Below, piece by piece: positions 16,814-25,128 of a stretch of 63,606 nt of DNA. Under the pieces are notes generated by a model. It did no database searches. It was not told the DNA's origin and saw only the letters and a program-made list of their open reading frames with translations. Location: positions 1 to 63,606 of the forward strand of contig JASLKQ010000004.1 in the NCBI GenBank assembly GCA_030747505.1. Reading direction: 5' to 3'. Position 1 is the first letter of the stretch. Every line of letters starts with the position of its first letter. The stretch comes from Verrucomicrobiota bacterium (GTDB lineage: Bacteria; Verrucomicrobiota; Verrucomicrobiia; Limisphaerales; UBA1100). Position numbers and translations under genes: made by a program.

Positions 16814-16850
16814 AGGTGCAGAGAAACACTTGCCTCAATCGGGTTCCAAC

Positions 16851-18971
16851 CTACTGTAAAGAAGGCACCGATCCGGTGGGCAAAATTTCAATCTTCGGCG
16901 GTAATTCCTCATAACTGAGGAAAGCCAGCTCAGGGAATTTCGCCCCAAAGAACCGGCGCAGTCCAGCCCGAACCATTGACGAACAGACCACCACGGGGGA
17001 ACGTCCCTCAGCAATCATGGGTTGAATAAATTGATGGAGGTGATGAGAAAGATGTTCAGCGATCTTGGGATCAATCAATAGTACGGTCTCTGCCTGTGAA
17101 GGACGAATTCCCTTCACCAGCTCTTCTTCCAGCCAAGGATCCAGCGTGATGGCCGGCAGTCTGCCGTGCTCGTCTAGAAAGGCTTTGACCACTTGAGCCC
17201 CAATTGCCCGACGGGCATGTTCACTGAGTTCATCGGGGTTCTTGGTGGAATCAGCATAATCGGCCACCCTTTCCAAAATGCCAACCAGATTACGAATCGA
17301 AACTCCCTCGGCCAACAAATTCTGCAGAACGCGTTGAATCTGTCCAACCGTAAGCAGATTGGGCACCAGCTCATTCACCAATGCAGGGTTTTGGTCCTTG
17401 AGGTTGTCCAATAACACCTGCACATCCTGGCGACTTAAAATCTGACTGCAGGAACGTTTAATCGTCTCTCCAAAGTGCGTTACCATTACCGATGCCGAAT
17501 CAACCACCGTATAGCCTGCTAACTCGGCGTTTTTGCGTTCCACATCCGTAATCCACGTGGCCGGCAAACCAAATACCGGCTCCGTGGTTTGTACACCAGG
17601 CAACACTTCGGTGCTGTTATTGGTATTCATGGCCAACCAATAACCAGGCATAACTTCTCCAGTTGAAATCAGTTGTCCCCTGAAAATAAACCGGTACTCA
17701 TTGGGTTGGAGTTCCAGATTATCGCGCAAACGAACCGCTGGAATAATGAAGCCCATATCCTGTACGAACGTGCGGCGAACTCCTGTCACCCGTTCCAAAA
17801 GATCCCCTCCTTTTTTCGGATCAGCCAACGCCAAAAGACCATAGCCTAGCTCAATTTGAAGGGTGTCCAAGTGTAACAGTTCCTCCATTTTTTCCGGACT
17901 CCCCGGACGGCCATCTTCGGGGCCGTCATTCCCCTCAGCCTCACCTCCTTCAGGGGAACCTCCCCCATCAATATCCGGACCCACAGGCCGTTCTAACAAG
18001 AGACCACGTTCCTCAAAGTTGCGGTGCATGAAACCAAACAACACTCCCATGCATAAAAACGGGAACCACGGTAATACATCTGATATCAGGGAGACCAATG
18101 CCAATAGAAGCATAGATAAGGATAACACCTTCAACACTTTTGGCTGCAAGAAAAGCTGCTGTGTTAGCGTTTCGCCAAGGCTTACTTTTTCCGCCGAACG
18201 CGTAACCAAAATACCTGCTGCAGTCGAAATCACCAGTGCGGGGATCTGCGAAACAAGCCCGTCACCAATACTCAGAATTGTGTAGGTCTGCATCGCCTGT
18301 GACACTTCCATGTTGCGCTGCAATACGCCAATCCCAATCCCTCCAATAATATTTACCAGTGTAATGATAATACCGGCAATGGCATCCCCTCGCACAAATT
18401 TACTGGCACCGTCCATCGAGCCATAAAAGTCAGCCTCCTTGGAAAGATCATCACGTCGTTTGCGTGCCTGATCTTCCTTGATAAGTCCGGCATTCAACTC
18501 GGCATCGATGGCCATTTGTTTGCCGGGCATGGCGTCCAAGGTAAACCGGGCAGCCACTTCAGCAATTCGGCCTGCGCCCTTGGTGATCACCACAAAGTTA
18601 ATGACCGTGAGAATAATAAACACCACAAACCCAACGACATAATTGTTTTGCACGACCACCTCACCAAACTTCTGAATAATTTGCCCCGCCTGTGCTTCAC
18701 CCAGGATTAAGCGCGTGGTGGCAATATTCAACCCCAGCCTAAATAACGTTACTATGAGGAGCAGGGTCGGAAAACTGGTAAACTCAGAAGGGTCCCGAAT
18801 GTAGATGATAACCAGCATCACCAGCAGACCTGCGGAGATGCTTAAGGCAAGCATCAGATCCAACATCCACGGCCGCATCGGCAGAACCATGCACATCAAC
18901 ACACCAAACACAAAAGCCACGAGCCCAAGCTCGGACCACCGTGTTGGAAGTTTGGCTGCCGCCGCGCTCAT
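16851..18971 (-). CDS. flhA: Flagellar export gate protein FlhA
   Basis: It shows FHIPEP-family features: an N-terminal multi-TM region, the FVRGDAIAGIIIT motif and a large C-terminal cytoplasmic domain. Confidence 0.95.
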   Translation of the reverse strand: MSAAAAKLPTRWSELGLVAFVFGVLMCMVLPMRPWMLDLMLALSISAGLLVMLVIIYIRDPSEFTSFPTLLLIVTLFRLGLNIATTRLILGEAQAGQIIQKFGEVVVQNNYVVGFVVFIILTVINFVVITKGAGRIAEVAARFTLDAMPGKQMAIDAELNAGLIKEDQARKRRDDLSKEADFYGSMDGASKFVRGDAIAGIIITLVNIIGGIGIGVLQRNMEVSQAMQTYTILSIGDGLVSQIPALVISTAAGILVTRSAEKVSLGETLTQQLFLQPKVLKVLSLSMLLLALVSLISDVLPWFPFLCMGVLFGFMHRNFEERGLLLERPVGPDIDGGGSPEGGEAEGNDGPEDGRPGSPEKMEELLHLDTLQIELGYGLLALADPKKGGDLLERVTGVRRTFVQDMGFIIPAVRLRDNLELQPNEYRFIFRGQLISTGEVMPGYWLAMNTNNSTEVLPGVQTTEPVFGLPATWITDVERKNAELAGYTVVDSASVMVTHFGETIKRSCSQILSRQDVQVLLDNLKDQNPALVNELVPNLLTVGQIQRVLQNLLAEGVSIRNLVGILERVADYADSTKNPDELSEHARRAIGAQVVKAFLDEHGRLPAITLDPWLEEELVKGIRPSQAETVLLIDPKIAEHLSHHLHQFIQPMIAEGRSPVVVCSSMVRAGLRRFFGAKFPELAFLSYEELPPKIEILPTGSVPSLQ

Positions 18972-19073
18972 GATCGCACTCGATCTCCTTTCGGCCGAGA
19001 GCCCAGCGGCGAGTCAATAACCATCGATTGAATATCCATCATATCTCGCTTCCCTGCGGGACAGTTAAAACGA

Positions 19074-19089
19074 AGCAAAAATGGTGCCA
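19074..19089 (-). promoter_or_regulatory. sigma54 promoter in front of flhA-flhF
   Basis: The minus strand reads TGGCAC-cattt-TTGCT, a full consensus match. The predicted TSS is about 92 nt before the flhA ATG. Confidence 0.7.
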
Positions 19090-19140
19090 TTAATGGCCGT
19101 TTTATAGGGGAATTCCGCATTTTTTGATTAAAATGTACCA

Positions 19141-20238
19141 TTATACACCTGCCTGTTGGCCTCGCTTGTAATATTTATACCGGTTGGTGCGGTAGACATA
19201 GGCGAGAATCTCCGCAACTGCCGCATATAGATCAGGAATGATCTCTTTGCCCACTTTGCAGTTCTTGAATAACAGCCTGGCGACCGGCTTGTTTTCCACA
19301 ATCGGCACTTCATTTTTTCGAGCAATCTCACGAATGCGCAGAGCATTGTAGCGAGCCCCTTTGGCCACCACTCGCGGAGCTCCCATCGCTTCGCGATCGT
19401 ACTTCAGTGCAATCGCCAGATGCGTGGGATTGGTCACAATGACGTCTGCCTGCGGAACCTCCGCATTCATGGTTTCCATCAACATTTGCCGACGGCGACG
19501 GCGTAACTCACTCTTGATCTGGAGGTTACCTTCAATCTGTTTGTTTTCATCCTTCACCTCCTGCTTGGTCATTTTACTGTCTTCTTCATTTTTCCAATGT
19601 TGATAAGCGTAGTCACAGGCTGCAATAACGACCATCCCCGCTATCACACGGATACCCACGCTTTGAGCTGTGTCTCCCATGAAGGCAAGCAAATGCATCA
19701 GGTCCGTTGCTGTATAAAACACCGGATCATCCAGAACTCCCTTTAACGTCGGGTAGGTAAAACCAAAAATCACCACGAACTTCATCAAGCTCACAACCAG
19801 CTTGGCTAAAGACTGCGTGCTGAAAATACGCTTAAATCCACTAATCGGATTCAGCTTATTTATTTTTGGTTCAATCGCCTTCGGCGACGCACGAAACTGG
19901 CTTTGTGAGCCTGAACCAATCAAGCCACCCAGCAGTCCCGCCCCCATTACCGGTAAAATTAATGTGCCCGCAGTGACAAAGAAATGGCTGAATATGCCTT
20001 GGAATGTTTCGGGGGTAACTGTGGCCGTACCCAATCGTTGAAATGTTCCTACCATAAAGATTCGAAAGGTTTCCACCATCTTGGGGGCCATGATTGACAG
20101 TATGAGCATTGACGTAATCAGAAGGATCAATGTTTGCACTTCCTGACTGCGCGCAAATTGGCCTTGCTCCATTAACTCAATGAGCTTTTTCGGAGTTGGC
20201 ATCTCCGTCTTTTCCTGGCCTGACTCGCTCTCTGCCAT
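19141..20238 (-). CDS. flhB: Flagellar export switch protein FlhB
   Basis: It has the NPTH autocleavage site (VTNPTHLAIALKY) and four N-terminal TM segments. Confidence 0.95.
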   Translation of the reverse strand: MAESESGQEKTEMPTPKKLIELMEQGQFARSQEVQTLILLITSMLILSIMAPKMVETFRIFMVGTFQRLGTATVTPETFQGIFSHFFVTAGTLILPVMGAGLLGGLIGSGSQSQFRASPKAIEPKINKLNPISGFKRIFSTQSLAKLVVSLMKFVVIFGFTYPTLKGVLDDPVFYTATDLMHLLAFMGDTAQSVGIRVIAGMVVIAACDYAYQHWKNEEDSKMTKQEVKDENKQIEGNLQIKSELRRRRRQMLMETMNAEVPQADVIVTNPTHLAIALKYDREAMGAPRVVAKGARYNALRIREIARKNEVPIVENKPVARLLFKNCKVGKEIIPDLYAAVAEILAYVYRTNRYKYYKRGQQAGV

Positions 20239-20241
20239 TGC

Positions 20242-21015
20242 TTAGGCCCCTCCTCCCAACAACCTTGCTACGACCACAAAATCGTTGGGCAATTGTTTCA
20301 GGTACCCCGTAATCTCCCGTGCAGCCAGTGATAAAGTAAACCCGAAGAGAAAAACGCCCACCAGAATACGCACTGAAAAACTCTCAACAAAAACATTCAT
20401 TGTAGGGACAGCCCGGGCCAAAACCATCATCAAAAGATTTATCACAATACCCACCGCAATCACCGGTGCAGCAATCCTAACAGCCACCACAAACGTACGT
20501 GCACACAGCATGGTCACATGATCAAAAAGTGTGTTGGAAAGAGATCCCCCACCGATCGGGAGTGCTTGATAGGATTGCTGAAATCCGGCCAGCAGTTCGA
20601 AATGTATATCCAATGAAAAAATCAACATCACTGTCATCATTTGGAGAATCACAGAAGGGCTAGACGAAGGGGTTGTTTCTCCAGGAGCAATCATACTCGA
20701 GAGCTGCAACCCCAACTCTGTACCTATGTAGTGACCAGCCAACCCAACAGCAAAAAGAACAAGACGGACCACAAAACCAAGCATCAGACCATAAAACACC
20801 TCCTGCCCCACCATGCCAATGGCTCCAATCAGATTACTAGTCACCAAATTCTCAGGCAAAGACACCCCTGACAGTGAAAACAACGCCAAAAAACCGGCTA
20901 TTGCAATCCGTAGACGCACAGGCATTGCAGCTGCAGAGAAAATCGGGAAAAAGGCCAGCATAGCTCCAGCCCTAACAAAAACTAAAAACCAGGTTAAAAA
21001 CAATTCGGCCATCAT
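20242..21015 (-). CDS. fliR: Flagellar export apparatus protein FliR
   Basis: It is a polytopic membrane protein of 257 aa, positioned between fliQ and flhB. Confidence 0.9.
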   Translation of the reverse strand: MMAELFLTWFLVFVRAGAMLAFFPIFSAAAMPVRLRIAIAGFLALFSLSGVSLPENLVTSNLIGAIGMVGQEVFYGLMLGFVVRLVLFAVGLAGHYIGTELGLQLSSMIAPGETTPSSSPSVILQMMTVMLIFSLDIHFELLAGFQQSYQALPIGGGSLSNTLFDHVTMLCARTFVVAVRIAAPVIAVGIVINLLMMVLARAVPTMNVFVESFSVRILVGVFLFGFTLSLAAREITGYLKQLPNDFVVVARLLGGGA

Positions 21016-21029
21016 TAAGCCTATTACAA

Positions 21030-21299
21030 CTACATCACCATCGAGGGCAATTTATCAAAAATGTCTTTGGTGTAATCCATCAAGGTCTGCACCATCCACG
21101 GCATAATAAAAAAAAGTAGCGTGGTTACTGCCAGTGCCTTGGGCACAAAAGCCAGAGTCTGTTCCTGCAGCGAAGTAACCGCCTGAAAAAGACTCACCAG
21201 TAGCCCCACAGTCATGCCGGTAATCAACAGGGGGGTGGCGAGTATCATAATATTCGCCATTAGACCTTTCATTAATTCAACAACGTAATCTGGACTCAT
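21030..21299 (-). CDS. fliQ: Flagellar export apparatus protein FliQ
   Basis: It is an 89-aa two-TM protein positioned between fliP and fliR. Confidence 0.9.
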   Translation of the reverse strand: MSPDYVVELMKGLMANIMILATPLLITGMTVGLLVSLFQAVTSLQEQTLAFVPKALAVTTLLFFIMPWMVQTLMDYTKDIFDKLPSMVM

Positions 21300-21314
21300 A
21301 ATTTTTTCCTTTTT

Positions 21315-22121
21315 CTATGTACCAAAACTCAAAGCGAGCGACCGAACCACTAGCGTCCAGCCATCCACTAAAACAAATAAGAGTATTTTGAGCGGCATGG
21401 AGATAGTCACGGGAGGAAGAAACAATAGCCCCAGACTCATCAGTACAATCGCCACGACAAAATCAATGAGAATAAACGGGATAAACAACAGAAATCCCAT
21501 CTGAAACCCTGTCCTCAATTCACTCAAAACAAACCCGGGAATCACCACAGTCATGGGTAATTCCTCAACTTTTGTCGGGCCCATTTTGGAGAGCCCAACA
21601 AAAAATTCCACGTCCTTTGGACGCGCCTGACGCAGCATAAAATCCTTTGCATGCCCTTTTGAGATATTAAGCGCCTCGCCTCCGGTGATAGTGCCAGCTG
21701 AATACGGCTTGATAGCTTCGGCATCAATCCGCTGATACACCGGCTGCATAATGAAAAACGTCATGAAGAGGGCAAATCCAACCATGATCTGATTGGAAGG
21801 CACCCCCTGTAATGAAAGCGCATTACGCAGAAAAGAAAAGACGATGATGATCCTCGTAAAACAGGTCATCAACATTATAAGCGATGGAGCCACTGCCAAC
21901 AACGTGATAAGAAATAGAATACGAATAGCCACATCAATACGTTGCGGTTCCTCCGGCAGATTCATGCCAATATTAAAGTTAAACGCATTGGTGTTGGATC
22001 CTCCGGCCTCCTGAGCCAGGAGAGAGGTAGAGGTGACAAACAAGAGGAGAACCAAAACCAAACCCCAGCTGAAGCGCGGACGTTTTACCACCGTCATATT
22101 ATTTTGTATCGCAGTACTCAT
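21315..22121 (-). CDS. fliP: Flagellar export apparatus protein FliP
   Basis: It contains the conserved core LIMLMTCFTRIIIVFSFLRNALSLQGVPSNQI and has an N-terminal signal-like segment. Confidence 0.95.
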   Translation of the reverse strand: MSTAIQNNMTVVKRPRFSWGLVLVLLLFVTSTSLLAQEAGGSNTNAFNFNIGMNLPEEPQRIDVAIRILFLITLLAVAPSLIMLMTCFTRIIIVFSFLRNALSLQGVPSNQIMVGFALFMTFFIMQPVYQRIDAEAIKPYSAGTITGGEALNISKGHAKDFMLRQARPKDVEFFVGLSKMGPTKVEELPMTVVIPGFVLSELRTGFQMGFLLFIPFILIDFVVAIVLMSLGLLFLPPVTISMPLKILLFVLVDGWTLVVRSLALSFGT

Positions 22122-22777
22122 CCTTTGCGCTCCAGCAGGGATTTAAATTTTTCAGCAAAACCACCGGGGTTTAATTTTTCAGCCGTCTCATCGCTTTCTC
22201 CGGAAGCATCATTTAATTTTTCGAGGTCAGTGAGATAATTTGTTCCAGCTGGCGAATCCGCGATTAGAAAGCGCTTGGACCCGTACTCCACAACATGCAA
22301 CGCGTGCCGCGATCCAATCGAACGTGTTTCAATCACATGCAAATGAGACGCCCGAGCAGAAACCAAACCAAACACACGGCTTTTTCGAAACCACCACGCT
22401 CCCCCAAAAAGAATGGCTGTCACTATTAGCAGTGCCCCAAAAATCCTCATCATAACTTCCATTAAACTCACAGGCTTAGGCTCAATGATCTTTGCGGAGT
22501 CAGAATTTACTCCATACATCTTCTGGGAAGCAGCAGACTCCAAGGGTGCCTCAGTAGAAGTTTGATTCTGGACCAAGCCAGCCGGAACCGACCCTGAATT
22601 CGTAGCGTTATCGTTAGCCCAGGCAGAACCGGCTATAATCCAAGCCGTGCATAACACCTTTAGCCATCCGTGGCGTATTTTTTTCTGTTTCATATTCAAC
22701 CCTTTATGGGCCCAGTGCATTCCGTTGCCGTTGGCTTTGATTAACCCGGCCCTCTTTTGAGGTGACTTCTCACTCAA
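22118..22777 (-). CDS. fliO: FliO-like flagellar export protein
   Basis: A single TM segment (IFGALLIVTAILFGGAWWF) is followed by a FliO-type segment (LHVIETRSIGSRHALHVVEYGSKRFLI). The start is ambiguous between 22777 and the ATG at 22693. Confidence 0.7.
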   Translation of the reverse strand: MSEKSPQKRAGLIKANGNGMHWAHKGLNMKQKKIRHGWLKVLCTAWIIAGSAWANDNATNSGSVPAGLVQNQTSTEAPLESAASQKMYGVNSDSAKIIEPKPVSLMEVMMRIFGALLIVTAILFGGAWWFRKSRVFGLVSARASHLHVIETRSIGSRHALHVVEYGSKRFLIADSPAGTNYLTDLEKLNDASGESDETAEKLNPGGFAEKFKSLLERKG

Positions 22778-22815
22778 CAGAGTATCCCGGCAAAATATGC
22801 CAACGACCTGTAAGA

Positions 22816-22831
22816 AGCATGATGCGTGCCA
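22816..22831 (-). promoter_or_regulatory. sigma54-type promoter in front of fliOPQR-flhB
   Basis: The minus strand reads TGGCAC-gcatc-ATGCT. It lies in the only sizeable gap (22778-22912) between fliN and fliO. Confidence 0.6.
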
Positions 22832-22912
22832 TGCACGCTGAATATGAATAAAACCCTATTTTAACTTAAAATTGGATTTTATGTGAATAATTGTGTGTGA
22901 AAAATGTATTTA

Positions 22913-23266
22913 TTATGGCTTAGAAACTATTTCCTTAATTCTAATCCCGAAATCCTCCTCGGCTACAACTACCTCACCACGGGCCACGAGCTTGTGATTT
23001 ACATAAACATCCACGTTTGCGTTCGCCGGTTGGTCAAGTTGCACCACGGCCCCAAGGTCCAGGTCCAGCAGTTCCTGCATGGTCATCATACAGCTTCCCA
23101 ATTCGGCCGTAAGCTTGACCGGTACATCCATGAGAAACTCCAGATTATTCCCTTCTGTAGCCTCCTCGCCTGAACCCGACTCCGCTGGTGCCTCCTGAGG
23201 TGGTGCAGCCGTCTCTGTACCTGCTTCTGGATTTACTGTCGCTTCCTGTGTCTCTTCTTCAGCCAT
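22913..23266 (-). CDS. fliN: Flagellar motor switch protein FliN
   Basis: It has a C-terminal SpoA/FliN domain (DVPVKLTAELG...VVVAEEDFGIRIKEI) and an acidic N-terminus. Confidence 0.9.
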   Translation of the reverse strand: MAEEETQEATVNPEAGTETAAPPQEAPAESGSGEEATEGNNLEFLMDVPVKLTAELGSCMMTMQELLDLDLGAVVQLDQPANANVDVYVNHKLVARGEVVVAEEDFGIRIKEIVSKP

Positions 23267-23280
23267 AATTTTCTCTCCTT

Positions 23281-24402
23281 TTAATCTTTAAAGTATTTAT
23301 TAACTTGCACGGCCGCTTTGTTATTCAAGCCACCGAGTCGGCCGATAAATTTCGGATTTCCAGCCAAATTCACTTCCACTTGGCCAAGGCGTTTTGGATC
23401 AAGAGGAATAATGTCCCCCTTCTTCAAATTCAATAAATCCTTCGCCATAATACTCAAATCACTCCACTCTGCAGTGATCGGCACTTTTACATTGTTATAG
23501 GCATCATTCCATTCGACGTGAGCAGTCCAATGCTCATGCTCTTCATCATCCTCCTCATCTACCTCGGAAGACGTCTGTTGCGTGAGATTACGCAATAATG
23601 GTTCTACTCCACGCACTGGAAGCAGCATCTGAATCTGGTCCATGCAATCGCCTACATCGGCATTAATTGAAATGTGGTAAAATGTCTCATCTTCCCCCGT
23701 ACAGGGAATGTGCAACGGATCCTCTTCGTGCCCCAACAAGGTGATCCGCAGTGGTTCTTCAAATTTCCAGTTCTTTGCCCACTCGCGAAGGGTCAACTGG
23801 GCAACCTGATCAATCATCGCCGACTCCACCTCACGAATCATCCGGTCCGGGTTTACCGCAAAGCCCTTACCACCAAGCATTCTATCGGCCATGGTCAGCC
23901 CCAGATGCTTAGACACATCAAAAGCGCCAACCGCATCCAAGGGATGGATACGAAAAAGAATAATATGACGCTTGGCCGGATATTCCTTGGCATATTTCGG
24001 TAAATCCAAAATTTCCAAAGAGGATTGATCCATGCCAAACTCAGTACGCAAAAACAAGGACAAGCGCGCCGCCAGAGAACGCATCAAGAGCTCGTTCTGG
24101 TGGCGGAAACGGTGGACCTCGGTTGAGGAAAGGGCTGCTTTTTTCCCAACGGTGAAAGCGTGAATCGCGCTGGCCGGCACACTGGCCTTTTCTCCGCTGG
24201 ATCGGTGTATAAGAATGGATTCCTCCGGGGCACCCGCATCGGGACTTTCTTCACCTCCCATTGCCGGATCCTCGGCAAAGGCCGCCGTCATTCCCCCCAA
24301 AGGAGACGTAAGGTCCTTAAATAAGGTCGCGTGTTTGTTTTTTTCCTGCGGTTGTATCATTTTGGATACCCTAAAACTACTGCATGATCCACTTAGAGAC
24401 AA
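23281..24402 (-). CDS. fliM: Flagellar motor switch protein FliM
   Basis: It has a FliM middle domain and a C-terminal SpoA-like domain, and lies between fliL and fliN. The start may be the ATG at 24360, which would remove the overlap with fliL. Confidence 0.85.
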   Translation of the reverse strand: MSLSGSCSSFRVSKMIQPQEKNKHATLFKDLTSPLGGMTAAFAEDPAMGGEESPDAGAPEESILIHRSSGEKASVPASAIHAFTVGKKAALSSTEVHRFRHQNELLMRSLAARLSLFLRTEFGMDQSSLEILDLPKYAKEYPAKRHIILFRIHPLDAVGAFDVSKHLGLTMADRMLGGKGFAVNPDRMIREVESAMIDQVAQLTLREWAKNWKFEEPLRITLLGHEEDPLHIPCTGEDETFYHISINADVGDCMDQIQMLLPVRGVEPLLRNLTQQTSSEVDEEDDEEHEHWTAHVEWNDAYNNVKVPITAEWSDLSIMAKDLLNLKKGDIIPLDPKRLGQVEVNLAGNPKFIGRLGGLNNKAAVQVNKYFKD

Positions 24403-25096
24403 TCAGCTCCTTGATCGGATGTCCTTGTCCCAGCTTATCTTGATAGGCCAGCTTTAACTGTGCCTTAAGACGTTCTTTGGTTACGGGATTTGCCAGAGAC
24501 TGAGCATCCTCCGCTGAAAGATAATCCACAGTAAGCGCCTGCAGATGTTTGGTGTGCTTGGCAACCTCTGTTGGAAAGGCCGTATCTTTTTCGTTATCAC
24601 GTAAGAGATATATTTCTACAAGCAGATAGCGAGTTCCATTTGAGTTTGCCGGATTGATCACAATATTTTCGCCTTCAGGCACAATTGGCTCAGGCTTATG
24701 AGGGTCATCCTCTTCAGTCGCAGCTGTGGCATCCTCTTCCTCAGCCTCATCACCACCGTGCTCATCACCACCGTGCTCATCACCACCGTGCTCATCACCA
24801 CCGTGACCTCCATCACCATGGCCCCCAGCACCGTGACTAGTTCCATTGGCATCCCCATGATGCGCAGTGGATGCCCCTGCAATGGCTTCTTCAATCTTCT
24901 TGGGTAGAATAACTGCGACCATCACACCTACTCCAACCACGGTAATCACCGCTGAAAGCAACATGGGCATTAATATGCTTGGGGCCTTGGCCTCCGCACC
25001 AGTCACTTCTTCAACTGCCTCCGCACCGGCCTCTACGGCCTCAGACGCCTCTGCGTTCTCTGCGTTCTGCTCCTGATTTTGTTCTTCTTCAGCCAT
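24377..25096 (-). CDS. fliL: Flagellar basal-body-associated protein FliL with a His/Gly/Asp/Glu-rich insertion
   Basis: A single TM segment (ILMPMLLSAVITVVGVGVMVAVIL) is followed by a C-terminal FliL domain (RYLLVEIYLLRDNEKD...LKAQLKLAYQDKLG). Confidence 0.85.
   Translation of the reverse strand: MAEEEQNQEQNAENAEASEAVEAGAEAVEEVTGAEAKAPSILMPMLLSAVITVVGVGVMVAVILPKKIEEAIAGASTAHHGDANGTSHGAGGHGDGGHGGDEHGGDEHGGDEHGGDEAEEEDATAATEEDDPHKPEPIVPEGENIVINPANSNGTRYLLVEIYLLRDNEKDTAFPTEVAKHTKHLQALTVDYLSAEDAQSLANPVTKERLKAQLKLAYQDKLGQGHPIKELIVSKWIMQ
24746..24805. repeat. Perfect 15-bp x 4 tandem repeat inside fliL
   Basis: The unit ctcatcaccaccgtg occurs four times head to tail. On the coding strand it encodes HGGDE four times. 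Confidence 0.95.
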
Positions 25097-25128
25097 AATA
25101 TTCTCCAGTTTTATTCAGGTTATCGATC

